A DNA stretch of 63,871 nucleotides, the filler included, from Hausera hauseri (taxonomy: Eukaryota), in NCBI GenBank assembly GCA_046269625.1. It is 13 parts of 13 records of this genome, joined end to end, with 100 filler letters (N's around TTAATTAATTAA, not from the genome) between each part and the next. Parts side by side here need not be neighbours in the genome. Positions count along the whole stretch, not along the records: positions 24,361 to 28,843 come from JBJURY010558896.1; positions 28,944 to 34,680 come from JBJURY010197525.1; positions 34,781 to 39,514 come from JBJURY010457134.1; 10 more parts are not named here. One strand, 5' to 3'. The notes under the pieces were generated by a model. It ran no database searches. It was not told the DNA's origin and saw nothing but the letters and a program-made list of their open reading frames with translations. The first letter of the stretch is position 1. Each line of letters opens with the position of its first letter. Positions 24,361-36,684 of this stretch are shown here, one piece after another. The translations under genes and the position numbers were made by a program.

Positions 24361-26975
24361 GCAATCTGTGTGTATCTCTTTCGGTGCGCCGAATTTGAGA
24401 ATCCAAGTCTTTAGCACGGTATCTTTTATTGTTACTTTGTCCTGTTTTGCTATTGCTGATAGTGATATATATCTGCTAAACTTGTCTATGATGTCCAATA
24501 TATATATATTTTCTTCTTCCAGATTTCTTTTAACGGTCCGCAAATGCCAATGTAGATCTTCTCGAATGGTTCGTTTGCAGAGTCTTAGGGTCTCTTCCTT
24601 TGTACCCGTTGTCACCGTCTTTGTTCATTGACATGCCCCACAGCGTCCAATAACTTCCTTGACGGTGTCTTTCATGTTTGTCATATAGTAGTTATGGTTT
24701 ATGTATTTTGTTACTTTTTCTATTTCGGCATGGGATAGCATGACGTGGCATTGCTTTATCATTTTTTCCCTCTTATCCGTTGGTATCCATATCTTGCCTT
24801 TTCTTGTCTTTACTATGCTATTTCTACTATGAATTTCCAATGCTCTTTCTTTGAGGTGTTTTTTTTTTATTTCTTGTATTTCTTTGCTGTCTTTTTGATA
24901 TGAACATGCTTCTGTCGAGTCTTGATCTTGTGTTTTGGCTTCTTCGTGAGCTAATATGCATTGGCTGCATATGCCGCAATTGGGCCGGGATAACATGTCG
25001 GCGTTTGCGCGATCTGTTCCTTTCCTGTATTCCAGTCTTATGTCTAAACTTGATAGATAGTTTATCTATGTTTGGAATTGTGCTGTTATCAGCTTTTTGT
25101 TTTCAGCATGAAGGTAATGGCCTTGTGGTACCTTCTCAGTGTAAATCTTCTTCCATACAAGTAATGATTAAAATGTTAACAGAAGTAGTACATAGCCAGC
25201 AACTCCTTCCGTGAAATGCAATAGCCCTTTTCGTGATTATTCATTCCGTGTGACCCTTATACAATCCATATTTCATGTCCGGCGCTATCTTTCTGTGATA
25301 AAACTGCTCCAATCCTATTGAAGCTAGCATCAGTATCCAGAATAAATTCTTTCTTGAAGTCTGGGAATCCTAATATAGATGGAGACGCCAAAGCCATCTT
25401 CATTTCTTCAAATACTTCGTTGAAAGACTCGATCCATACCAGTTTTTGTCGTTCGGTCCGCACATCTGTTCTAATACCTTAGCTTTTGCGGCGCATCCTT
25501 GAATAAATCTCTTGTAGTAATTTTAAATCCCTAAAAGTTTCTTAGATTTTTTACACATTTTGGTTTCTCGGACGATCTGATGGCGTCCAGCTTGGATGGA
25601 TCGGTTTGTATGCCTTTGTTATTCGCAATGTGTCCCAAGAATTTTACCTCCTTTTCTAAGATGTAGCATTTTTCTGGGTTTATTTTCAGTCCTGCCTTTT
25701 TGATCTGATCTAGTACGTTCTCTAGTATTGCACAATGTTCTTCTAATGACTTCTAAAAGATCAATATACCGTCTAGATATACTATAGTTTGTTCTTGAAA
25801 TGTACCCGGCGCTATTGCTATTCCAAAAGGCATTCTATTGAAACAAAATTGTCCCTGTTTAATCTATAAAGCTGTTTTCAAATTGGATTCTTCCGTTACT
25901 TCGACCTGGTAGTATGCGTTTTCCAGATCTATTGATGTGGAATATCTGGCTCCATGTAGTTTATATATAATTTCCGTTATATTCAACATGGGGTATGCTT
26001 GTCTTTCTGTGACGAAGTTCAACTGCCTAAAGTCTAGACAAATTGTGACACCGTTTTTCTCTTTCTTCCAGACGCAGTTTATCGGAGTATTCCAAGATGA
26101 ATTACATTTCTTGATTATATTGTTTCTTCATAGGTTTTGGATAATCTCATCGATTTTGCTTTCTAGATTTTCGGGTTTTCTCTGCGCTTTGATGTTAATT
26201 GGTGCGCCTTTTGCGTCTATTCTATGTTTGATTAAAGTTGTACAACCGATATCCCATTTGTCGGTCATAAAGACTTCTAGGACCTTCCGTGCTATGTCTA
26301 GTACCACTGAATTTTCGTTTATCCGCAGAATCTACTTCGCACTTTTGAATCGTTCTTCAGTCGTCTCTTTTCGACCAAATTTTGCTTCTAAGTTGCATAC
26401 ATCATACCTTTGTTCCTCTTCATCTTTCTATCTCCAACCTAATTCGATTTTAGAGGTCTTTTCTAGTTCCATTCCTCCTATTATTTTCGGTCGTATATCT
26501 GTCACTACTATAAAAGTTACGCGCTTCTGTACTCCCTTGGGTTCCATATTTACGGAAAATTCACCCATTCAATCTAGGGGACTACCATTTGCACAACGGA
26601 ATATGATATCTGATTTCTACTCATCACGTTCCCCCATGCCCCTGTGTCCAACAGGCAGTCTTCCCATCTATCTGGTATATTTATTTTTATTCCTGGCCAT
26701 CCTTGTAGTTTATCGTACGTGATCTTCTTTTCCGTTAATCCTTCCAAGGGAAAAATCCTCTCTTCACGGAGTCTCTCGTTTTGAGTTTCTGTAAATCGTA
26801 CTTCTTCGTTTCTATCCCAAACGTTTCCTTTTTTATGAACCTCCGTACCTTTTCCTGTGTTTTTTCCTTCATTTCTTCAATACCTTTTCCATTCTTTGGA
26901 ATATTTTGTGAGTCTTTGGAGTTGTTTAATATAATGCGCCGACTAGCTCCACTTCTGTAGATGCTCTGCCTTTTG
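24361..26975 (-). pseudogene. pol: Ty3/Gypsy pol (protease, RT, RNase H, integrase)
   Basis: CLLDTGA at about 26650, NRMPFGIAIAP, FILDTDAS...IGAVLSQ, ADMLSRPNCGICSQC, IDKFSRYI...FGAPKEIHTDC. Confidence 0.88.
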
Positions 26976-28015
26976 GGATTGTCGACTCTGTGATGGATTC
27001 TTTATAATCTTCATCAATGTTTGCAACGAATGCGTGTCTGCTGTTCACCTTTTCTCCATATCTTTTCTGACCACACCCCGCATGTTTGAAATTGTCGGTA
27101 TATGTATTTTGTCCTCTTCTGCTCTTGTCCAATTTTGTACAACATTCTTCTTCTCTGTGCCCTCTATTGTGACACCTATTGCATTTTATGTTTATGCAGT
27201 TTCGTCTTATGTGTCCTTGCTGACCGCACCCATAGCATATTGTGGGTTTTCTTTCCGGGCAATTCCTGTTAATGTGACCTCCTTTACCGCAACCAAAAAC
27301 ATCTTCGTGCATGTTGGAGGTTGCATGTAGAGCTTGTATGTCCGTCTTTCCGGATGGAACAGCATTTCATCATCCGCTGTGCCTACGTATTGTGTGGTAT
27401 GAAATCCCTCCTTTCTTGTCTTGGTTTGTCAAATTTGCGCTCCACTACATCCCGATAACTCCGTCGACCATCCTTAGTGTATTCTCTGACTGTATTTATT
27501 TCTTCTAACTTTGTTGCCACTTCTTGAACTTTCTACACTTTTTTCGTCACTGCGGTAAATTTCCTTTCTCATTTGCGGATTGTCACACCAGTGGATCATC
27601 AATTCCTCTGTTAGCGCTTCCAGTGTTATTTTGTGGCTAAGGATCCCCTTCACCAGCTGTTCGAATTTGTTGAAGTAGGCGTCCGGTTCTGCCCCTTCAT
27701 TCAGTAGTCCAATGCCTCGCGCAGATCTCCGCACAGCGTTGTGGGTTTTTCAAAGGTTTTTCTCAACCGATTTTGGTACCCTTTCACTTTATGGCTTACC
27801 AGATTGTATTTTTCCTGTGCTTGTTCATCCAACACGCACAGAACTGCGGTGTCTCGGCCCGTCTCCGACATATTTATGAAGTCGAAGTATCTCTCGCATT
27901 TTCCAATAAAGGTTTCCACGTTGTCACCTTTCTGGGATACATTCGGTATCAATTTCTTCTCAAAGAAATTTCTTGTTGCGTTGGCCGCCATGTTAATAGC
28001 TCGCGTCTCTACCAT
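26926..28015 (-). pseudogene. gag: Gypsy Gag with three zinc knuckles
   Basis: MVETR start right after an LTR end (...ccttaca, 28041) and a PBS-like tgatgttgaggtcgggat; FGCGKGGHINRNC, CYGCGQQGHIRRNC, CNRCHNRGHREEEC. Confidence 0.88.
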
Positions 28016-28843
28016 CCCGACCTCAACATCATTTGATTATTGTAAGGTAGAATTATTCATAAGACATTTATTATAAAAGTTTTATATTACAATTATCTCC
28101 TCCACTCAGGAAATTTGTCTTATTTTTCTTCTTTTCTCAATTTCCTGACTTACTGTTGGCTGCTTATTGAATTATATTTATTTATTGAATATTCCTTTTA
28201 ATTTCTCCTCTCAAAAAGGAAGAGATGAATGAGATTTGAATTTTGAAGCGACAAGAAAAACAGTTGAAGAAGATTTAACCAATAAACTATACAAAATTCA
28301 AAAAGAAATTGTGAAAATTAGTGAATATTACGAGACGTTAGTCAAACGATTGAACTTAAGTATTGGAAAAGTTAGATAAAAAAATTTAGTTTGTGAAACA
28401 GATTAAAAACATTACAAAATGTTGTTAAAAGAGTAAACGCAAACAGTGCTATCCTGAATTCAATTTCTAATGATATAAATGATACTAAAAGCATTATGTG
28501 TGGATAGAAATAAACCATTATACATAACGAAATATGATTCTAGGAAATGTTTGATTACAAATTTGTGTGAAGAGATTGAAGATATTTATGATCAATTTAA
28601 AAATTTAAGAACAGAATTAGATAAAAATGAATCCAACATTCAAGATTTATTTAAAGTCTATAATTTAATAAAAGCAAAATTTTTAATATTGCTGAATTAC
28701 AACAAGAAGATGAAATGTCATATTGCAATATTATAAAAGGTTTTTGGAACTAATCAATAACAAAATGGAAAACTATTTATAGAATTTATATAAAATGTTT
28801 TATAATCAAATTGACCTAGTGCAGTTTTCTTTTATTTATATAG

Positions 28844-28943
28844 NNNNNNNNNNNNNNNNNNNNNNNNNNNNNNNNNNNNNNNNNNNNTTAATTAATTAAN
28901 NNNNNNNNNNNNNNNNNNNNNNNNNNNNNNNNNNNNNNNNNNN
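28844..28943. other. Artificial contig spacer
   Basis: 44 N + TTAATTAATTAA + 44 N. Confidence 0.98.
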
Positions 28944-29938
28944 TCGTCCAAAGTAGTATCGGGCGGTAATAGCACCAATGCCGCTTGAATTTGATTGGGC
29001 AAACTACTTAGGAAGTAGCGCCGTACTATGTACTGGTTAGTGTGGAGGTCCAACTCTGCATTGCTCAAGTCTGAGCGTAATTTGTGAAGCAGAACAGACG
29101 GTTTTATATTCCCTGTCTGTCGCTTGGTGAAGACCAAGTTGAACTGGTCCTGTTGGGATGGCAGATATGCTTTGCTTATGGCTGCTTTGATTTTGTCGAA
29201 CGGTATTTCATCTGGCAGTAGCGTGTCCACATCCGTTATGGCTGCAAGCGTTGTTGGCTGCAGGTATTGAATGAGTGTTAAGGCCTTGTTTAGTTGGCCG
29301 GTGATGCTGCATTGAGTAGCTCATGTTTCAAACACATAAAACGACTTCAATGGCGTTCCGTCCAAACCTATGAAAAAGGTTTGACATGCTAATTTGGGTG
29401 GTTTGGCCTGTGTTGCTGAAGCAGTTTCTGCTTTTTTGTCAGGCATAAGGTTGTCAATGCCTCCTTTTAGTTTCTAAGTCGCCAGTATGGTGATATTGTC
29501 TACTAAAATTGTAGTGATTGCGCAATTATTCTTACATAATAATTTTCCATTATAGGAAAATATATGCTCGGGATACTGTTGGTTTAAAACTTCTAGCATT
29601 CCTGACATAGTTATAGTCGATGGGAAGCGATGAGCTTTCGTTTGACACCAGTTTTGTACAATGATTTGTACTTCGTTTGGCGTACAATCGGTCGATGTTG
29701 TGTGATCACGTTTGATGACGTGAGTTAGTGTAGCCGGATTGGTTTCGACGACATTCGTGTGAGTTTGAACCGGATTGCTATCAACGGCTGTGTTTAAGGT
29801 GGAAATAGAATAAATATCCATGGTTTTGTCCAAAAGAAACGTAGGTGCGGTATTCGCTGCCACCATTTTAGAAGTCGGTGCCTTAAAGCAGGCCTTGACT
29901 CGGTCCCAAATCCTCGTGGCACCAAAACAATAAAACAA
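28944..29938 (-). pseudogene. gag: Leader + ubiquitin-like domain (..KLKGG) + CsRn1-like Gag, all in one reading frame
   Basis: Same frame throughout: VQIIVQNW...IFSYNGKLL...ITILAT*KLKGG (29671-29459), then IDNLMPD...KPPKL...FDKIKAAI...KPSVLLHKLR...RRYFLSSLPNQIQAAL. Two point stops. Confidence 0.75.
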
Positions 29939-30762
29939 AACGGAGACAGCGAAATAAATGAATAAAACCGGGTAATAGTTGAAACATTTATTTTTACAAC
30001 AATTATTATCAGCGGAGGCATATGACTCCTCGGTAGTGGAAGCTTGCCGGTAGAGAGTATGGCGAGACGATCCGAGCCTGTGGAGTCGGCGTGGGCGGGC
30101 TCGAAGGTTATCCGAGCTGGAGTCTGCCGGAGTTGGCTCTCATCTTGTCGGCTCCAACCGGCGTCGACGGTGCGGTGTTGGAACCTCGTCTGGGCCGGAG
30201 TTCCTAGTTTGCGGTCTGTAAACTGTGCGATGGTCGGGGATTAACTGGTTCTCCGATAGAACCAGCGATTCGCACAGGCGATCAGTTGCCGCCATCAGTC
30301 GCAGGAACACCGGCAGGAAAACCGACGAGTCAAAGAGAAGCCGGTTATCCCGTCCTGGTAAAACCGATGGAGCGTGCTTGCCGATAGAGAGTATGGATCT
30401 TCTCTCTCCAACCCGACCAAGTGTCGTACAAAGCGACTCTTTTGCAGGAGTTCCCGTACCGTCAGAAAGTCCGAGTAGGACCGGTACGGGGCTTGCTTGT
30501 GTGCGTCGCGACGGCGTTTTTTGCTGGAGGCGGCCTCTCGCTTGGTAATTGGCTCGCCGGGTTTGATGGTGTCCGGGTCTCGTGTCGTTGTCGAATCATG
30601 TTGGGTTCGCTTAGGAATCCTGTAGTTCGGGGCGAGCTGCACATTCCTTTTGGTGACGGCGACGTCGGCGGTCCGGGCTCTAGCATCGTCTCTGACGAGC
30701 GATTCTCCTGGTTTAGATATTTTGGTGATATTTGTTCGCACTGGTTTCAATGTTTCTGGCAT
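29794..30762 (-). pseudogene. Unknown Arg/Thr-rich ORF upstream of UBL-gag
   Basis: ORFs 30295-30762 and 29794-30021 share a frame and are separated by two stops. Locally higher GC; contains SKKRRR. Confidence 0.35.
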
Positions 30763-32104
30763 GTTGAATATTTTTTGAATTTTTCTCTTTTTTGTTTTTG
30801 AAAATACTGTTCAATCCTTAATCTGTGGATTTAAACAAATAGATGAAACCCACAGATCATGAATGTTTTTTTATTTTGCAAGTGTTAGTTATTTCAGCAC
30901 TTGTAATTTTGTGACTTAATTTGTGATTCCGTGATTTATTTTCGGATTTAAATTTTATTTTGATAATTATTTATTTTTTATTCCCCGTTTTTACACGAAT
31001 CCGTGATTTATGGTTATTTATTTTTTACAACTTATCGATTTTATTTTAGGTATTTTAATTTATTTAAAATTTGAAATTTTTTGAATTTTAAATTGTTATT
31101 AGTAAATAATATTATGTAAGGTGGAACCTTACAAGGCTCCCCAGCCTGAAAAATAAAATTAAAATAGTGATTTTAAGTTTTAAATAAAAATTAGAATTAT
31201 TCAATGATTTTAATTTTTAAATTTTACGTAATTAAATTTTTTACAATTTAGCAATTGTGAAATTAATCATTTTGGTAGAAATATTTTATATTTTATAAAC
31301 TGTTGACTTAAACTTTGAAAAACGATCAAATGACATTTTTATTGCAACGCGTTTATCAAAATTTGTTACCAGACTAAATTCAGTTTTGTATTTAAATGTA
31401 GTGTGATTTAAATTTGACATAAAATTTAATGAAACAGGCTTCCTCGTACTTATAGAAAATTGGTTTAGACTGTCTGAAAAGTTAATTAGTAATGACTAGT
31501 TTACCAAACTGAAAATTCTATATATCACAGTTTTTTCCAATTTGATTTAATTAATATACATAAAGAAATATTTTAAAATTTAGTTTTGTATAATCTAAAA
31601 TTCTGAAATTCGTATAACTTCAACATCGAACGTGAATACAGCAGTAAAAGACGGATTGTCTTGTGTTATTAAATCACTGCAGTAGAAATTTATTTTGTGT
31701 TAATGTTATTCAATCATTTACTATCAAAAATACAATTCACATAAAATTAGATATCCATCAATTGTTCGTTCAAACTGCAATGCAAAGTCACCGAACATGA
31801 GGTATTTTTCAAACGCATGTCTACGTAGTTGGATTTCAGCTTTACCGAGGTGTAAAATTAGAGGAGCTGTGATTCTTAGAAGGTACAACATTTGCAAATA
31901 ATGCCATTTGTTTTTTGCTTAATATTGTATCTAACTATATAGTTTTTTATTTTTGTGGGGGTTTTCAGATGTTTTAACACATTTGTACATTATTACACCT
32001 ATTTAAAAATGCCCCAACGAAATTTTATTATATTTTACAGTCTCCTTTCACATATTATAATGTGTAACAATAGAGATTTAATAGTGGAATATTATAATAA
32101 TTTA

Positions 32105-32471
32105 TGTAGTTAAAGTTTGGGCGGATTGCAGGTACTATCTGGTTTTGGCAATTAGGGAAACTAAATTGCGCCTGTGTTCAGGTCGAGATGGAACGTTTCG
32201 CCTGCTCGGTAGATATTTCGTGTCAAAGCTGACAACGAAATGACACAATGGTGTTGTGAAAAATGCAAGTTCCGTAATGGGACAACGGTTGTAGAATGAC
32301 TCGCCAACCGTGTTAAATTGGAAATTGTTAAGTTTATCGGCGAGCTTCTAATGAGTCGCCTGGTTGTATATTGTGTGCCCGTCGCGTATAAAAGGCGGTA
32401 TAAGCGAGTGTCGATTCGACACTGTGAGTTTGATTCCCATCTGCTTTGATGCGACATGCATGCTGCATACA
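32105..32471 (-). repeat. Putative 3' LTR (TGTA...TACA)
   Basis: Minus strand begins TGTATG just after the pol tail and ends ACTACA at an abrupt switch to AT-rich DNA. PPT is weak. Confidence 0.4.
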
Positions 32472-32504
32472 ATCGGGTACTATTTCTTTCGAACCTGTAG
32501 GGTT

Positions 32505-34680
32505 TTACTGAAATCTAGGTATCTTTGATGGACTCCTGGTACGACTCGATACCGGTGCAGCAGGGGTTTGGTTGCATATAGTTGTACGTTCCGTTTCCGG
32601 AAGTATGGATGTTGGGGTAATAATTGTTTCAATTTGGACCGGGGTTGGGTCATATGCTACGGGAGTGTCAATATTGAATGGATCAATTTTCTCATAGTTT
32701 TGTTGAAGCATGTCTACTTCTGACATGCTTGGTGTGTTTTGTTCTATGGGATCTTCGGTATCGGAATCGTGATAGCCGAATGCTGGTTTCACGTTTGACA
32801 AGTGGACTATATGTTCCTCGTTGTCGCGTATTATTTTGGCGTTATGCTCAGTGATTTCTCTGAGCTTGTAGGGGCCCGTATAGTACGGTTCAAAACCGTG
32901 TCTTTGTTGGCTTTTGAGCCAGACAAAGGATGCATCTCGTAGGTTCTTGGGCTTGATTGGTTTCTTGTGATTGTGTTGGAATAAAGGCTTCGTGTCTATT
33001 GACAGGAAATGCTTCCGGGCTTGGTTGAGAGCAGGAATTTAAGTTACTTCCTCGATGCTCAACAAATCTTATGGTAATGTAATGTGGGCACCAAATAATA
33101 GTTGTGCCGGTGAGGCATCGGTGCTAGTGTTTGGAGCGTTTCTCCATCCTAATAGCACGATGGGTAATGCATCCAGCCAATTCTTGCTTTCATGGCATAG
33201 AATGCGTAGGGATTATTTGAGTGTACGATGAAATCGTTCAATCAAGCCTTTCGCTTGCGGATGATAGGGTGATGTATGAATATGCTTTGAACCAAGCGAT
33301 TTGGTTAATTGCTTAAACATGGCCGACTCGAATTGGGTACCTTGGTCTGTTATAATGTTTTTGGGTACTTCGAACCGAGAAATCCATATGTTGAGCAATA
33401 CAGCCACACAGCTTTGCGTTGTTATTTGGCGGATTGGAATGGCTTCCGGCCATTTTGTTTTCCGGTTCAAAATGGTTAGGATATACTGATATCCGTTACA
33501 TTCGGGAAGTGGTCCTACTATGTCAATGTAGATGGTTTCAATTCGTGAGCCAGTAGGATAGTGTAAGATTGGGGGTTGTATAGTATTGTTGATTTTGTAT
33601 TGTTGGCAAAGTGAACATTCTTTTGTCCATTGCTTTATCTCGCACAGCATGCGAGGCCAACAAACTCTAATGCTCAATAAGCGAGCTGTGGCTTTTGATC
33701 GAGGGAGATAAATGTTGTAAATGGTGTCAAACGCCTGTTTCCGTAGGTTTGCTGCCAGAATTGGGCGTGGACAACCATTGAGGATGGTATTGTAGTGTAT
33801 TCCATCCTTTGTGTCGACTGTTTTGAAGAACGTAACATCGTCTTCATATGGAGGGTTTTATCGGAGAACCTCTTACGTGAAATGGGGTCGAATGATACTG
33901 TCGATATTCCAGTTCTGGAAAAGAAGTCAGCAACGGTGTTATCTTTTCCGGTTATGTGCTCTATCTGGAATGAATATTCTGATAGGAATGAAATGTGCAG
34001 CTCTTGACGAGGAGATGGGTTCTTCATACTTATAATGTGAATGAGTGGTTTGTGATCCGTGCGGATTGTGAATATATTTCCTTGGGAGAAATGTCTGAAG
34101 TATTTGACACTAAGAATTATGGCTAGTAATTCTCGGTCAAAGGTTGAATAGCGTTGCTCAGCCGAATTGAATTTGTAGAAAAAGAATTCAATGGGAGCAT
34201 TTTTGCTATCGATTGATTGGGCAAGCATGGCGACTGCAGCGATTGTGAATGCATTTGTTGTTAAGATAAACGGTGCATTTCGTTTAACATAGTGTAATGT
34301 AGGTAGGTGGAGAAGCGCCATTTTTGCATTGGCAAATGCCCGTTCAGCATCATCTGTCCAATTTACCTGGGATTTCTTGGGTCCTGGGCTTAGTGCAGAC
34401 AAAGGTGACAGAATTTCCGAACAATGCGGAATGTAGCGATGGCAGACGTTGACCGTGCCAAGGAAGCTGCGAAGTCCAGTCACTGTGGATGGCTTCAGTA
34501 TTTGTTTGATGGTTTCTGGTCGCTCAGGAAGTTGACTGTGACAACGTTGTGTTAATCGAAGTCTGAGAAATACGGCTTTTTTTCTAAAAATGAACATTTG
34601 TTCATGTTCAACTGTAGGTTGTTTTCATTCAACCTATGAAACACATGTTCGAGATGTGTTTTGTGAGTCGCTTCATCGGG
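32505..34680 (-). pseudogene. pol: CsRn1-like pol (RT end, RNase H, integrase)
   Basis: LRSFLG, YSTFDRELLAI, TDHKPL, DIVGPLPECNGYQYILT...KWPEAIP, YHPQAKGLIERFHRTLK. Confidence 0.92.
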
Positions 34681-34780
34681 NNNNNNNNNNNNNNNNNNNN
34701 NNNNNNNNNNNNNNNNNNNNNNNNTTAATTAATTAANNNNNNNNNNNNNNNNNNNNNNNNNNNNNNNNNNNNNNNNNNNN
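34681..34780. other. Artificial contig spacer
   Basis: 44 N + TTAATTAATTAA + 44 N. Confidence 0.98.
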
Positions 34781-35620
34781 TCCATTTGAGCAGCATTTGG
34801 TGAGGATACAAATTGTTTATCTGAAATTTTCTGTCGACTTGATTGCTTTTGGTTGCTTTTACAAATCGTTCGAGCTAAATGCCACCTTCACACCTTTGTC
34901 AGAAATTACAGCTTTTGCGTCGCATAATCATATAATGGGAAAAATCCTCTCTCCAATTCGACAGCCTGGAACATCACAGCCACATCCTAGGCACTACATC
35001 ACCCCCCCCCCCGTGGAAAGATAAAGACTATGAAGAGAGGAAAATAAATGGAAATTATAGTAGGAAAAAGAAGAGCCTATACCTATTCGGCTTTGGTACG
35101 TGTTAGACGTTGGACTCCATCTATGAACTTCTCCCTGATGTAAGTACTAAACGCCACATGATGTGATCTGTTATATGTTACTGGTGCTTGTGGAGTTGTT
35201 TGAGGGAGAGATGCTGTAGATTTTGTTGTGTTTTCGGAGAATGCTTCATGAAGAGGTAAAAGTGGGAAAGAAACTGAAGATTGGAGTGAGGAAAGTGAAA
35301 AAGGCGAGACTGGAGGTTGAAGCAAATCGTGCGATGACGGTGAAAGGAGTAGTGGGTGTGCAAGCAATGACGGCGAAGTAAGTGGTGAACGAGCAGTAAA
35401 CGATGACGGAAATGAAAAGGACTGATTGTGACTTGATTGCTGCGACGGCTCAAAATTATCGAGAAAATTAGATAATGGCTCGCGGATAGAGAAATTAGAG
35501 TCAGAATTTGAAACAAGGCTGTTATCCTGGTCATTGTCAATGTGGTGCCGCGGGCTCGTGTACCACCATATTCCTCCAATAACAGAAAGTACATGAGATA
35601 CGCTCATTGGCAAATTCATG
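34781..35620 (-). mobile_element. 3' end of a CsRn1-like element (Ser/Pro-rich tail, PPT, LTR start)
   Basis: ctttccac-G11-tga then TGTAGTG (LTR start 34998). Same junction motif as at about 12172-12187 and 18770-18790. Confidence 0.55.
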
Positions 35621-36070
35621 CAAATACAAAGTGACTTTGAAGACCTATAATTCTAAAGAATCACGAAATATGGGATTAAAATATGAAAATTGGATTTGAA
35701 ACCGAATAATGTCCAGTTAATAATACGCCGTTTTATACCACAACCCAAAGGTCAACAATCGACAAACGGTGTTCTATATCAAACTTTCTGTCATCTCAAA
35801 ATTCGCCCTCAGATACTAGAATTCTATCAATTTCAATTTATTAGCAATTTATAAAGAAGTTCATATCACGCAATGGGAAATTCAAATGTGACTGTTTTTG
35901 CTATATTCTCTAGATAATTCAGCCACCCAGATAATGCAATTGAAGAATCTAAATTTGACAGCTTTTCTCAATTCTCAACACCTGTCCAAACAAATCTATC
36001 CCCAATAACGACTTTATATCGACGAAATAAACCACCGATATTTGTGCAACATCATTGTCCCTAACATGGA

Positions 36071-36445
36071 TTGTTAACATTTCCGTTGGCAAACAAGCTT
36101 TCAATGGGTGGAATGAATGAGTCGACTCTTGTCTACCAGTGTTCGACAGAACCGACTTCGAGTAATAAACCATCGCCGGATATACGTCAGTCATCTAACA
36201 AAGAAGAAAAGAAAATTGTACCGTTTACTTCACCAGTGCCACCACAGTCAATATTGTCCGATATGATTTTAGTCGACCTGTCAGAAAGAGTACAAAAAAC
36301 ACCTTTCATTAATTTTAATGAACTACCCGAAAAGCTCATCCTCAAAATATTCTCCTATGTCAACCATCGAGAACTACGCAGAATTTTGATCAGTGGATTG
36401 ATGAAAATATTTTTTTGTTGTGTTAATTTGGCAATCATCCACTGA
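36071..36445 (+). CDS. F-box-containing protein fragment (exon or pseudogene)
   Basis: FINFNELPEKLILKIFSYVNHREL matches the F-box consensus LP.E.L..IFSYL...EL. Confidence 0.6.
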   Translation: MLTFPLANKLSMGGMNESTLVYQCSTEPTSSNKPSPDIRQSSNKEEKKIVPFTSPVPPQSILSDMILVDLSERVQKTPFINFNELPEKLILKIFSYVNHRELRRILISGLMKIFFCCVNLAIIH

Positions 36446-36684
36446 TAAAAGTTGTTTAAATATTGTACAAATAATTTACCAAATGGTTTCTCATATAAAT
36501 AAATATTGATTTTATCAACCAGATTTTGATTTCACATTTCAGATCATATATACGGTTTCTTGTTGGAATTTTATTACCTTAATATCTGACATTTATCATT
36601 CTCTATCATATAACAATACCTACATATTGGCACGTACATCTTTCGGAATTTTATATTCACAAAACCAAAATAACAAAATAACAA

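Noticed and set aside
25937-26722. 261-aa plus-strand ORF
   Set aside because: Antisense shadow of the minus-strand protease/RT region.
28205-28736. Coiled-coil-like ORF remnants
   Set aside because: AT-rich, interrupted and with no recognisable motif; cannot be assigned.
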